From an uncultured Gemmatimonadales bacterium (lineage in GTDB: Bacteria > Gemmatimonadota > Gemmatimonadetes > Gemmatimonadales > GWC2-71-9), in NCBI GenBank assembly GCA_963844035.1, contig CAWJMT010000027.1:49173-113172 (forward strand): 64,000 bases of DNA, given 5' to 3'. Positions 47,233 through 57,361 of the stretch are shown here, in pieces (positions within the stretch are counted from its first letter, which is position 1; every line of letters begins with the position of its first letter). The translations under genes and the position numbers were made by a program. A model generated the notes under the pieces. It ran no database searches. It worked only from the letters and a program-made list of their open reading frames with translations, and was not told where the DNA came from.

Positions 47233-47815
47233 TCCGCGATCGCGACACCCACGGCGAGTCAGCGACCAGATATCGTAGCGGCCAATCGACGCCCCGCGTG
47301 ATCCCCACGCGGGGCGTCCGTACGATGTGCAGGCGTTGCGGGACGGGCGCCCGAACGATCCGAAGCACGCCGCGCTGGAGCCACACCCCATTCAAGAGCC
47401 CGGTGATCCCCAGCGCCACACAGAGACGCGCAGGCCCCGCACACAGGATACGATCCGAAGTACTGCCCCGGCGACGACGCATGGTGTCGAGTCCGCCGAC
47501 CGGCTCCAGAGCCCGAATCAGGACCGCCGCGGGGTAACCCTCGCGCCGCGTCACCGCGTTCAGGCACCAATGCATTCCGTATGTGAAGTAGACGTACGCC
47601 GTGCCGGGAGGCCCGAACAACCCTTCAGTACGAGCAGTGCGCCGGCCGCCGAATGCGTGGCACGCTGGGTCGTGCGGTCCCAGATACGCTTCCGTTTCGA
47701 CGATGCGCCCGGCGGTGCGGCGGCCCCCGACCGTACTCACAACCAAGTGCCCTAAAAGACTACGCGCGACCACTTCCGTCGGTCGCGCGTAGAACGAGGG
47801 AGGCAGCGGCTTCAC
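47216..47815 (-). CDS. mpg: DNA-3-methyladenine glycosylase
   Basis: IVETEAY, AYVYFTYGMHWCLN, AVLIRA, GPARL, RVGIT. Confidence 0.95.
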   Translation of the reverse strand: MKPLPPSFYARPTEVVARSLLGHLVVSTVGGRRTAGRIVETEAYLGPHDPACHAFGGRRTARTEGLFGPPGTAYVYFTYGMHWCLNAVTRREGYPAAVLIRALEPVGGLDTMRRRRGSTSDRILCAGPARLCVALGITGLLNGVWLQRGVLRIVRAPVPQRLHIVRTPRVGITRGVDWPLRYLVADSPWVSRSRISASR

Positions 47816-49602
47816 GTCCCGCCGGTCAGCCCGCGTTTCACCTTGGTCCAGAAGGATTCTCCGGTGTCCGGCTCCGACGGCGGCGGCGCAGGCTTGGGAG
47901 CCGGCGGAGGGGGCGGCGCTGACGCCGTCGGGATCGGCCTGCGAGACCGGGACCTCACGGGGCTCTGCCCGCTCGAACCCGGACGACTCGGAGCTGCGCG
48001 GCGCACCGCGGCCCCTGCCACCCCGACGACCCCGGCCCCCACGCTCGCCGGGCTCCCGCTCGCCACGCCCGCTCCCGCCCCGCGGACGGCTGCGGTCCCC
48101 TCCAGCTGCACTCGGCCCCCGTCCCCCACGACGGGGCTCGCGCGACTCATCAACACCGCGGCCGCCGACATGGGCCTGCTCGGGGCAGAGGAGGCCGGCA
48201 TGGGGGGATCGATAATGGCTGGACTGGGCGGCACGAGCTCGATCCGCGGCTTGAAATTGGGATCGACTTCGACAATACCGACCTTGGCAATGTCGGGCGG
48301 CGCGACCCGCGGACCCTTCGACCCGCGACGGAACCGGGCACTGCGGGAGGGAACCCCGGTCGCGGGACCTGCGGGCGGGGCGGCATCGGGGGCGGCCTGG
48401 AACGCGGGCGCGGGTGGCTCGACGGCCGCGGTCTCGCTGCGCTGCGGCGCCGGGGGTTCGGCGCCAACCCGTGGCTTCACTATGTAGCCGCCGTCTTCCA
48501 GCTTGGAGAGGTCGATGATCTCGGCATCGTGCGCCTGGAGCAACAGCTTCAGGAACCGTTCCGACTCGAGTGGCCCGGAATCGCCGCCCTTGATTTCGAT
48601 CATGGCGTCGCGCACCTGGTCGGCGCTCACACCCTGGTCACTCCCTCCCAGCCTGCTCAGGGCCTGCTTGAGCAACCCAAACGCCTCGCCCAGCGAAAGC
48701 CCTCTGCCTCCATCCCCGCCGCCTCTGCGGCCACGGCCATCACGCCCTGACGAACGCTCGCGCGGCGCCGAGGTCTCCTGCTCCCGGGCGGCGGCAGTGC
48801 GCAGCGACGGATGGGCCGCCGCGCCGGCGACGTCCGGCCCGAGGGCGAGCTCGTACTGTCCGTTGTCGAGCTTGGTGAGCGTGATCAGCCCTTTATGGGC
48901 CGCCTCAATGACGAATTTGCTGAAGCGCGAGAAGCCGACGTCCTTTTCGGTGAAACCGGGATCGATCTCCTGCATCACCTGCTTCAGACGATCGGAGCGC
49001 ATCACGTCGTTGTGCGCTGTCATCTGCTTCACCGCCTCGACCACCAGCTCCCAGGGATCGTGGCGCTCGTGCTTGACGTCGGATTCCTTGGTGAATCCGG
49101 CCAGCTCGTTGTAGGAGTAGTACTCATCGCAGTTCTGAATGAGCAGATCGCTCGAGGATTCGCGGATCCCCACGCCGATGATGTACTTCCCGTACTCCTT
49201 GAGCTTGAGCACGAGGGAGGAAAAATCGCTGTCGCCCGACAGCAGGATGAAGGTGCCGATTTCGGGCCGCGTAAACACGAGCTCGAGGGCGTCGATCGCC
49301 AGCCGGATATCGGTGGCGTTCTTCTTGTTCGCGCCGTGGGCGGGAGCGAAGATCAAGTCGATCGACGACTCCGAGAGGGGGACGATGTACTGCGGGTAGC
49401 GCCGCCAGTCGGCGTAGGCGCGCTGCACGGCAACCTTGCCCCGGATGATCTCCGACTGCAACAGGCGCTTCAGCTCCGTCTGCAGATCGGAACGGATCGC
49501 CATCGTCACGTTGTCGAAGTCGATCAGAAGCGCCGCATTCGGCGCGTGGGCAGGTGGTTCCTTGTGAGGACGTGCGAGATAAGAGTGTTGCGGCTGGGTC
49601 AT
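47812..49602 (-). CDS. NYN-domain ribonuclease with OST-HTH/LOTUS domains
   Basis: IDFDN, RAYADW, KNATDIRLAID, SGDSDF, DPGFTEKDVGFSRF. Confidence 0.88.
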   Translation of the reverse strand: MTQPQHSYLARPHKEPPAHAPNAALLIDFDNVTMAIRSDLQTELKRLLQSEIIRGKVAVQRAYADWRRYPQYIVPLSESSIDLIFAPAHGANKKNATDIRLAIDALELVFTRPEIGTFILLSGDSDFSSLVLKLKEYGKYIIGVGIRESSSDLLIQNCDEYYSYNELAGFTKESDVKHERHDPWELVVEAVKQMTAHNDVMRSDRLKQVMQEIDPGFTEKDVGFSRFSKFVIEAAHKGLITLTKLDNGQYELALGPDVAGAAAHPSLRTAAAREQETSAPRERSSGRDGRGRRGGGDGGRGLSLGEAFGLLKQALSRLGGSDQGVSADQVRDAMIEIKGGDSGPLESERFLKLLLQAHDAEIIDLSKLEDGGYIVKPRVGAEPPAPQRSETAAVEPPAPAFQAAPDAAPPAGPATGVPSRSARFRRGSKGPRVAPPDIAKVGIVEVDPNFKPRIELVPPSPAIIDPPMPASSAPSRPMSAAAVLMSRASPVVGDGGRVQLEGTAAVRGAGAGVASGSPASVGAGVVGVAGAAVRRAAPSRPGSSGQSPVRSRSRRPIPTASAPPPPPAPKPAPPPSEPDTGESFWTKVKRGLTGGT

Positions 49603-49917
49603 GGGTTTGCGCTCGATTTCGGACGCGCGAATTGGCCGGGCCCAGCTCTACGCATGGGGCCCGCCACTTCGTGCAGGATGTGTATGGCGACCGCTGCGCG
49701 TGAAAGCGCGTTCAATAACTCGTCGCCCGTCTCAGATTGGGTGCGGCAGAGTCGCTTCGGGGGGTTGGCCGCCGGAACCATCTCGGCGCGCCCACGAACG
49801 GTTCCTCGCGTATTTCCCGAGGCCGCCAAAGCGCTGCCGCATGACCCGACGCCACCCGAACCCCTGCCTTCTCCATCAGTGCATTGAAACTAAACAACTT
49901 GCGCGAAAAGGAACAGC

Positions 49918-50337
49918 CTACTCCCCCAAAACCTTGATGATCAGCCGCTTGCGACGCTGGCCGTCCCACTCGCCGTAGAACACGCGCTGCCAGGGGCCGA
50001 GATCGAGCTTTCCCTTGGTGATCGGCACGATCACCTCGTGCCCGATCGTGAGGCTGCGCAGGTGCGCCGCGGCGTTGTCCTCACCCGTTTCGTTGTGGCG
50101 GTACCGGCCCGGCTCCCAGGGCGCGATGCTCTGCTCCAGCCACCGCAGGATATCCTCCCACAGGCCCGACTCGTGGTCGTTGACGAACACCGACGCCGTG
50201 ATATGCATGGCGCTCACCAGCACGAATCCCTCCCCCACGCCGCTGCCCGAGACCTGGGTGGCCACTTCGTCGGTGATGTCGATGATCTCCTGTCGTTTCT
50301 TGGTGGTGAACCAGAGGTAGTGCGTGTGGCTCTTCAT
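49918..50337 (-). CDS. yjbQ: YjbQ/UPF0047 family protein
   Basis: HITAS, NAAAHL, LGPWQ, EWDG. Confidence 0.9.
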   Translation of the reverse strand: MKSHTHYLWFTTKKRQEIIDITDEVATQVSGSGVGEGFVLVSAMHITASVFVNDHESGLWEDILRWLEQSIAPWEPGRYRHNETGEDNAAAHLRSLTIGHEVIVPITKGKLDLGPWQRVFYGEWDGQRRKRLIIKVLGE

Positions 50338-50396
50338 GTCAGACCCCTGTGTCGAATTGTCGCACCCGGACCTTTGTTCTAGATTGGCCCAGTAAT

Positions 50397-51601
50397 ATGC
50401 CGCTTTCCTTCCGTCAGCGGATCTTCGTTGTGCTCGCCGCGTTGACGGCCGTCCCGACCATTCTCGCCGTGATCGGGTGGGCGCTCGCAGTCCGGGCAGG
50501 TGCTCCCTCGACGGGAGCGCGGGTGTCGCTCGAGCAGGTGGCCGTTTCGGCGCGGGAGATGCTCGAGCACGTGGACACGCTGCGGCTCGATCGCGACGAC
50601 CGCGCGGCGATGGGCCGCCACCTGGCGGAAATCTCGAACGCGGTGACCCTGTCGCGGCGCGCAGAGACGTATCTCCGCTACTACACGGCCGGCTTCGTCG
50701 CCGTGGTGCTGCTGCTCGGCCTGGTGGTCCTCTTTGCCGGCGTGCGGGTCGCCGGGCATCTGTCGCGACAGCTGTCACGTCCCATCGATGAGCTGGTGGG
50801 GTGGACGCGGCTGATCCGCCGGCGCCTGCCCCTCCCGGCCGGTCCCCCGTCGCGGGGCGCTCCCGAGTTCCAGGCGCTGCGCCAGGCGCTGCGCGAGCTG
50901 GTGGCAGCGATCGAAGCGGCCCGCGAGCACGAGCTCGAGTCGGAGCGCCAACGCGCGTTCCGCGAGGTGGCGCGGCGTGTGGCTCATGAAATCAAGAATC
51001 CGTTGACGTCCATGCGGATCGCGGTGGACCAGCTGGGGCGGGTCAGGCGGGCAGGCGGATGGACGGACGGCGATGGCACTCGAGGTGCTGGCCGCCGAGA
51101 CGGAACGGCTCGATCACCTGGCGCGCGAGTTCGCGGATTTCGGCCGGCTGCCGGAGGGAGCGCAGAGCGACGTCGATCTCGTGGAGCTGCTCGAGGATCT
51201 GGCGCGATCCGCGGTGCCGGACGGCGTGCGCGTCGTCGTGCGGGCGAACGGCGGGCGCCGGATCGCTCCCCGGCCACTACGATCCGCTGCGTCGCGCCTT
51301 CTCGAACCTGCTGCGGAATGCATCGGAGGCGATGGACGGACGCGGCGAGATCGACGTCGGCATCACCACCGACGGGGCCGCCGAGCGAAGCGGGTTGGTC
51401 GTGACGATCGCAGACCATGGCGCCGGGATTCCGGAGGAGCTGCGCCAGCGGGTGTTCGAGCCGTACTTCACCACCAAACACGATGGCACCGGCCTCGGAC
51501 TGGCGCTCGTCCGCCAGACGATCGAGGCCCATCGCGCGTCGATCCGCGTCGACGAGACACCGGGTGGCGGCGCGACCTTTACGATCGTGTTCCCCGCATG
51601 A
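50397..51601 (+). CDS. Sensor histidine kinase, NtrY-like (frameshifted)
   Basis: [39 protein letters not shown]. Confidence 0.9.
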
Positions 51602-52975
51602 GCCCCCGGATCCTGTTGGTGGACGACGAAGCCAACATCCGCCGCATGCTGGGCGCGCTGCTGCAGTCCGAAGGGTTCGAGACGGCGGAAGCGGCGAATG
51701 GAACCGCCGCCCTCGCCGCGCTGGAGGCGGCGGGTCCCGACGCGGTGCTGCTCGACTTGATGATGCCGGGCGGACCGGACGGCATCGCCACGCTCGAGCA
51801 GCTGAAACGCCGGGCGCCCGGATTTGCCGGTCGTCATGATGAGCGGCAAGGCGAGCCTCACCGATGCGGTGCGCGCGACCAAGCTCGGTGCCTTCCAGTT
51901 CCTCGAGAAGCCGCTGACGCCCGAGGGCTGCTGGTGGCGCTGCGGGCCGCGCTGGAGCTGTCCCGGACCCGCGCCGAGAACCAGCGCCTGCACGAGGCGC
52001 TGGGCCACAGCGATCCCCTGATCGGGCCGAGCCAGGCGCTGACCGAGGTGCGCGCGCGCATCGCGCTGATCGCCCCCACCGAGGCACGGGTGCTGATCAC
52101 CGGCGAGTCCGGCACGGGCAAGGAGCTGGTCGCCTCCGCGATCCACCAGCAGAGCACCCGCGCCGCGCGGCCGTTTGTGTGCGTGAACAGCGCGGCGATC
52201 CCCAAAGACCTGGTCGAGTCGGAGATGTTCGGGCACGAGCGCGGGGCGTTCACCGGCGCCGGCGAGCGGCGTCACGGCCGCTTCGAGCTCGCCGACGGCG
52301 GCACGCTGTTCCTCGATGAGGTCGGCGATCTCGGCCCCGAGGCCCAGGCCAAGCTGCTGCGCGTGCTCGAAACCGGTGTGATCGAGCGGCTCGGCGGCGA
52401 ACGGCCGACCACGGTCGACGTGCGCGTGATCGCAGCCACCAACAAAGGCCTCGCGAAAGCCGCGCAGCAAGGGCAGTTCCGCGAGGACCTGCTGTTCCGC
52501 CTCGACGTGCTCCCGATTCATATCCCGCCGCTACGGGAGCGGACCGACGACATCGCCCCGCTGGCGCACCACTTCGCCGCGCGCCAGCAGGCGCCGCTTG
52601 AGACGGCCGGTGCGCTTCGACGGCGGCGCCATCCCGCTCCTCACCGGCTACGGCTGGCCGGGGAACGTGCGCGAGCTGGCCAACATCGTCGAGCGGCTCG
52701 CGATTCTCGCGGGAAGCGAAGTGATCAGCGCCGACGACGTGGCCCGCGTGCTTCCGAACAGCGCGGGCGCGGTGGCGTCGGGGGAGGGCGCGTGGGCCGA
52801 CGTGGCGCTGTCGGACGCGCTCGACCGCTACGAGCGCACGTTGATCGCGCGGGCCCTGTCGGCCGCGCAAGGCAACGTCGCCGACGCGGCCCGCAAGCTC
52901 GCGACCGACCGCGCGAACCTCTACCGCCGGATGCGCCGCCTCGGGCTCGAGCCGCCGCGTACCGCGCCCGGATGA
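51598..52975 (+). CDS. Sigma-54-dependent response regulator, NtrC/NtrX family (frameshifted)
   Basis: Receiver domain, [22 protein letters not shown], Fis HTH. Confidence 0.93.
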
Positions 52976-52998
52976 CACCCTCGTCCCAGGACAGGCTT

Positions 52999-54753
52999 AT
53001 GCGTTCCATTTTCCTCGCCGCCCTCGCGCTGGCTGGCCCGGCGCTGGCCGCCGCGCAGCAGACCGCGCAGGACACGGCCATCGTCATCAATCCCGACAGC
53101 ACTACCAAAGCCGCGGCTCCGGAAGGAATCCCGCCGGCGGTCGCGAAGGAGGCAGTGCGGTTCTTCAACGCCGCCACTACGACGCGGCTGGTGGGCCGCA
53201 CGCACCTGCCCCACCGCAACGAGTGGCACGGCGACGTCGCCGTCCGTAACGGGTCGGTCGATCTGGCGGGACGCATCAAGGGCAGCCTGTTGGTCATCAA
53301 CGGCGACGCGACGCTCGACTCGACGGCGGAGGTGACCGGCAGCGTCACCGTGGTCGGCGGCTCGGTCACCGTCGCGCCCGGCGCGCAGGTCGGCGGCGCG
53401 GTCCACGCGTATCGCGAGACGCTCAACTACCGCTCGAACGGTGAAGAAATCGCGCTGGCGCCCAATCCCAGGAGCCGCATCCCGTTCATCGGCGCCCGGA
53501 AGACCTGGGCGGGCACGGAGTCGTACTCGGCGTTGGCGATCGCCACCGGCGGCACGTTCAACCGCATCGAGGCACTCCCCGTGGTGCTCGGACCGGAGTT
53601 CGCCTGGCGCGTGCGCGAGGGTTTCGGCGTGCGGCTGGATGCCCTCGCGATCGTCCGCACGGTGGGCAACGTGGGCGAGGGCGAACCGAGCACGCTCGGC
53701 TACATCGTGAACTCGGAGGTTCGCTCGGGCGCTCCGCGGGGTTTCGGGGCCGGACTGCGGCTGTACAGCGAGCTGGGGTCGGTCGAGAGCTGGGCCCTCA
53801 CGGACGCGGAGGTCGGCTGGGCCTCGTTTCTCTTCCAGCGCGACTACCGCGACTACTACTTCACGCGCGGCCTGCACGGCCGGCTGTTCGCGCAGCCGAC
53901 CCTGCCCCTCCGGGTGTCGCTGGGGCTCGGCTATGACTGGCAGACCAGCGTCCAGGCCCGCGACCCGTGGACGCTCACCAACACCAAGGACGCCTGGCGG
54001 CCCAACCCGCCGATGGATGCCGGACACTACACCACGCTCACCACCTCGGTGACGTTCGACACCCGCAACGACCACGAGCAGCCGACCGCGGGGTGGCTCG
54101 TCGATGCACAGCTCGACAACGGCTGGGCGCCCGACGTCAGCCCTCAGGTCCTGCCGATCGCCGTGCGGGAGGCGATTCCGACCGACGGCTCGTATCACTT
54201 CCACCGCCTGTTCCTCGACATCCGCCGCTACACGCGGGTGAGCCCGGGCGGGCGAGTCAATTTCCGCCTGATCGCGGGGGGCTGGCTGGGCGGCGATCCC
54301 CTCCCGCTGCAACAACGCCTCTCGCTCGGCGGCGCGGGCGGCATGCCGGGCTACCCATTCCGGCGCACGGCGTGCAACGGCGACATCACCGATCCCGCGT
54401 TCGCCGGCAGCCTGGTCGCAGCGTGCGACCGCGTGCTGCTCACGCAGGTGGAATACCGCGGGCATCTCTCGCTGCACTGGGCGTACGGCCGGTCGCGCCC
54501 CGAGGACGAGACGAGAAAGTCGCCCCTCACCCTGCAGGGGCCCGACCTGGTGGTGTTCGGCGACGCGGGGCAGGCGTGGCTGGTGGGTGAAGGCCCGGGA
54601 CGGCTGCCGGCCAACCGCCTTCCCACGATCAGCAGCTGGCTGGCGGACCTGGGACTGGGCATGGATTGGGGAGGCTTTGGCGTGTACGTCGCGAAAGCGG
54701 TGACATCCGGGGAACCGCTGCGCGTCACGCTGCGACTCGTCCACCGCTTCTAG
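52999..54753 (+). CDS. Outer-membrane protein with bactofilin-like N-terminal repeats and BamA/TamA-like barrel
   Basis: Signal peptide, GDVAVRNGSV repeats, FDTRND, SLGG..MPGY, terminal HRF. Confidence 0.7.
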   Translation: MRSIFLAALALAGPALAAAQQTAQDTAIVINPDSTTKAAAPEGIPPAVAKEAVRFFNAATTTRLVGRTHLPHRNEWHGDVAVRNGSVDLAGRIKGSLLVINGDATLDSTAEVTGSVTVVGGSVTVAPGAQVGGAVHAYRETLNYRSNGEEIALAPNPRSRIPFIGARKTWAGTESYSALAIATGGTFNRIEALPVVLGPEFAWRVREGFGVRLDALAIVRTVGNVGEGEPSTLGYIVNSEVRSGAPRGFGAGLRLYSELGSVESWALTDAEVGWASFLFQRDYRDYYFTRGLHGRLFAQPTLPLRVSLGLGYDWQTSVQARDPWTLTNTKDAWRPNPPMDAGHYTTLTTSVTFDTRNDHEQPTAGWLVDAQLDNGWAPDVSPQVLPIAVREAIPTDGSYHFHRLFLDIRRYTRVSPGGRVNFRLIAGGWLGGDPLPLQQRLSLGGAGGMPGYPFRRTACNGDITDPAFAGSLVAACDRVLLTQVEYRGHLSLHWAYGRSRPEDETRKSPLTLQGPDLVVFGDAGQAWLVGEGPGRLPANRLPTISSWLADLGLGMDWGGFGVYVAKAVTSGEPLRVTLRLVHRF

Positions 54754-54754
54754 A

Positions 54755-55365
54755 GTGCGGAGCTGGGTCGCAGGTATCCTGCTCCTCGTCGGGGCGGCGG
54801 CGTCGGCCGCCGCTCAGGACCCGTCGCTCACGGTGACGCTGCAGAACGGCGTGCCCCGCGTGCAGGCCGCCGAGCTGCTCGCCAACGGAAAATTCCTGGG
54901 GCTGATGCGTTCCGGGTTTCCGCTGCGGCTGCACTACCGGCTCGAGCTGTGGCGCACGAAATCCGGGTGGTTCGACGACCACATGAATGAAACCGCGTGG
55001 GATGTCGTCGCGCACTACGATCCCCTGGCCGACGACTTCGTGCTCGTGCGCACCGGCGGCATCGCGACGCGCTACGCGCGCGTCGAAGCGCTGGCGCAGG
55101 CGCTCCAGGTCCCCTACAAGGTGACGCTCGCCCCCAAGGGAGCGGGGAGCTACTACTACCTGTGCCGGCTGGAGATCTCGACGCTGAACGACACGGATCT
55201 ACGGGAAGTGCAGCAGTGGCTCAAGGGGGACGTGTCTCCCGCGGTCACCGGCCGGGTGGGGACCTGACCAATGCCGTGGTGCTGGGCGCGCAACGGGTGC
55301 TGGTACGAATCGCGGGGTTGCCGCGGCTGACGCTGGAGGCGAGGTCGGGGGAGTTCAAGAAATAG
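54755..55365 (+). CDS. DUF4390-like exported protein (frameshift near 55255)
   Basis: SGFPLRLHYRLELWR, YDPL. Confidence 0.6.
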
Positions 55366-55426
55366 GTGTCAGGTGTCAGGTGTCAGTCAGGTGTCAGGTG
55401 TCAGGTGTCAGGTGTCAGGTGTCAGG
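55364..55426 (+). repeat. (GGTGTCA)n heptamer array, left arm
   Basis: About 8 units, inverted relative to 55899-55934. Confidence 0.9.
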
Positions 55427-55822
55427 CGCGTTCTTGAGAGCCCGGGTGAGTCCGGAAAGCATTTTGCCAATCTCACTCGCTTGCAGTAAGAATTTGCTCC
55501 TCCTCTTCCTTCTTGCACGTAGCCCCTCCGCCCGGCGATCAGAACTTGAGTTTCCAACTCCATCAAGGAGCCGTTTGCGATCGACAGGTGGCGAAGGTAG
55601 TCGCCGAGATGGTCTCCTCCCGTGTCCCTCGGCAATGTTCGACGGAACAGACACAGCTGCGCGCCTCAGTTGCTGAGCGAGCCCGTACTTCTCCTCCTTA
55701 GGGAAAGAATCGGTCAGACGGTATGCCTCAACCACGAGATCCATCGCCCGTCCCCAAACAAGGAGGTCACGGAATCCATTGATGAGCCGCCGCGGCGGTT
55801 CATTCGGCTTGTCCAGGATCAT
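55415..55822 (-). CDS. Four-helix-bundle protein (23S-rRNA-IVP / Avd-like family; frameshifted)
   Basis: FRDLLVW..AMDL, FPKEEKYGL..QLRRAAVSVPSNIAEG, ANGSLMELETQ, KMLSGL. Confidence 0.92.
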   Translation of the reverse strand: MILDKPNEPPRRLINGFRDLLVWGRAMDLVVEAYRLTDSFPKEEKYGLAQQLRRAAVSVPSNIAEGHGRRPSRRLPSPPVDRKRLLDGVGNSSSDRRAEGLRARRKRRSKFLLQASEIGKMLSGLTRALKNAPDT

Positions 55823-55898
55823 CGTGTGTGTGACGGAGTCTACAGAACTTGAGTCTGCGAAGGCACACCATTTTGCGGCGAGGACTACCAGATTAGCG

Positions 55899-55934
55899 CA
55901 CACCTGACACCTGACACCCGACACCTGACACCTG
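55899..55934 (-). repeat. (CACCTGA)n heptamer array, right arm
   Basis: About 5 units. Confidence 0.9.
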
Positions 55935-55940
55935 CCTCTC

Positions 55941-56348
55941 TCAGCTCCCGAACTGCGCGTCGATTGCCTTACGAATCTCTTTGAGAGAGTTCCTTGAGCC
56001 GGCCATTTTCGCGGCCATCATCGCTTCTCCCATACAGATGTCGCAGTAGGCTCCGTGGTCGGTCTCGAAGCAGGTGAGCAGCGACCGGTGGCCGATCGAC
56101 TTGCTGCAGTTGCAATGGCAGTAGATGCCGTCGAGCACCTGCGGCGCGCGGCGTGCGGCCTCGTAGGCCTCGAGCGTTCCGGCGCCCACCGGCACCATCC
56201 CCGGCGGCAGGACCCGCTCCGCGGTAATACCGGGGCGCGGATCGGGGTGGATGATGGCGCTGGCGCCCGCCGGCGCGCTGTTCATGGTCATGACCACGAC
56301 GAGCCCCACAACCGCCGCACCGCCCACCACCCAGGGCAGCTTGCTCAT
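55941..56348 (-). CDS. PCYCGC-motif-like membrane-anchored protein
   Basis: IYCHCNC, HRSLLTCF, HGAYCDIC, IRKAID. Confidence 0.75.
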   Translation of the reverse strand: MSKLPWVVGGAAVVGLVVVMTMNSAPAGASAIIHPDPRPGITAERVLPPGMVPVGAGTLEAYEAARRAPQVLDGIYCHCNCSKSIGHRSLLTCFETDHGAYCDICMGEAMMAAKMAGSRNSLKEIRKAIDAQFGS

Positions 56349-56896
56349 AGCCCCTCGAGGGTGGCCAGCACGTCGGCCCCGTAGAACAGCCGGATGTAGC
56401 GGGACTGGACCGATGGTGAGGCGCCGCACCGCCCACGCGAGGTGCACGAAGTGCGGCTCGACGGGTGGCTGCAGCGGGTGCATCCCGACCTCCGCGGGGA
56501 GGAGGTTGCCCTTGCGCGTGTTACAGGTCGAGCACGCCGTGAGGACGTTGGTCCAGGCGTTCGAGCCGCCGCGCGAGATCGGGCACGAGGTGGTCCCGCG
56601 TGAGGCATTCGCGGTGGCGCAGCTCGTGCTGGTGGCGGCCGCAGAACTGGCAGCGGTAGTTGTCGCGGGCGAACAGGAACGTGTTGGTGACCTGGCGGCG
56701 GAAGCGGCGCGGCACGTGGACGAACTTGACCAGGCGAATCACGGCCGGACGCGGCATCGGCGAGGCGCTCGCTGCGCACAACGGAGCCGTCCGCCTCGAC
56801 GATCTCCGCTTTGCGGTCGATCACCAGGCGTAGCGCCCGGCGCACGGGCACCATGGTCAGCGGCTCGAAGGACGCGTTCAGCGCCAGACAGCGCAC
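56345..56896 (-). CDS. HNH endonuclease (frameshifted)
   Basis: LALNASFEPL, FARDNYRCQFCG, TRDHL, WTNVLTACSTCNTRKGN. Confidence 0.9.
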   Translation of the reverse strand: MRCLALNASFEPLTMVPVRRALRLVIDRKAEIVEADGSVVRSERLADAASGRDSPGQVRPRAAPLPPPGHQHVPVRPRQLPLPVLRPPPARAAPPRMPHAGPPRARSRAAARTPGPTSSRRARPVTRARATSSPRRSGCTRCSHPSSRTSCTSRGRCGASPSVQSRYIRLFYGADVLATLEGL

Positions 56897-56983
56897 GAGA
56901 CTCTCCCGCGAAAAAAGGCCGTCTCACCCCGGAGGAGCGGGACGGCATCATATGGTACACAAACAGCTTAGGCGCGGCAAGCG

Positions 56984-57065
56984 GGCGACGGTCGAGGACG
57001 GTCGAAGGACGGTCAAGGACGGTCCTCACCCCCTGACCCCCTCTCCGCATTCGCGGAGAGGGGAG
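56984..57065. repeat. Decamer tandem (GGACGGTCGA)n plus REP-like hairpin CCTCACCCCCTGACCCCCTCTCC..GGAGAGGGG
   Basis: The hairpin recurs at 58757-58796; the decamer complement occurs at 57445-57475. Confidence 0.7.
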
Positions 57066-57226
57066 ACGCAAGGCGACCGCATTTCGCAAAGGATTGCACA
57101 CGAGCAGCGTTGCTTCGGTACGGAGGCCGCGACCGACACGTCTACATTCGCCGCGCGGCACGGTGGCGCGTGCATGGTCCGTCGTCTCGGCCTTCGGGCT
57201 TACCAGTGGTTCGCAACCGGTATGGT

Positions 57227-57310
57227 GCTGGCGTGGCGAAACTGGTAAACGCGGCAACCTCACACGTTGCTGGGCGCGAGCCCTTGTGGGTTCGAATCCC
57301 ACCGCCAGCA
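57227..57310 (+). tRNA. Non-canonical tRNA: Leu-type class II body with CAC (Val) anticodon
   Basis: GCTGGCG/CGCCAGC-A73; D-arm GGCGAAACTGGTAAACGC; stem GCAAC-CTCACAC-GTTGC; V-arm GGGC-GCGA-GCCC; T-arm GTGGG-TTCGAAT-CCCAC. Confidence 0.85.
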
Positions 57311-57326
57311 CCGCCGTATTTTGCCA

Positions 57327-57355
57327 TTGCGTCACCACGACGTTGCCGATATTTT
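57327..57355 (+). promoter_or_regulatory. Putative sigma-70 promoter of anti-tRNA sRNA 1
   Basis: TTGCGT-N17-TATTTT; equivalent hexamers in all three copies. Confidence 0.6.
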
Positions 57356-57361
57356 GCGACC

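Noticed and set aside
51073..54753. Apparent 1226-aa kinase/AAA/barrel fusion
   Set aside because: It is a patchwork of three frameshifted genes, each with its own start and stop.
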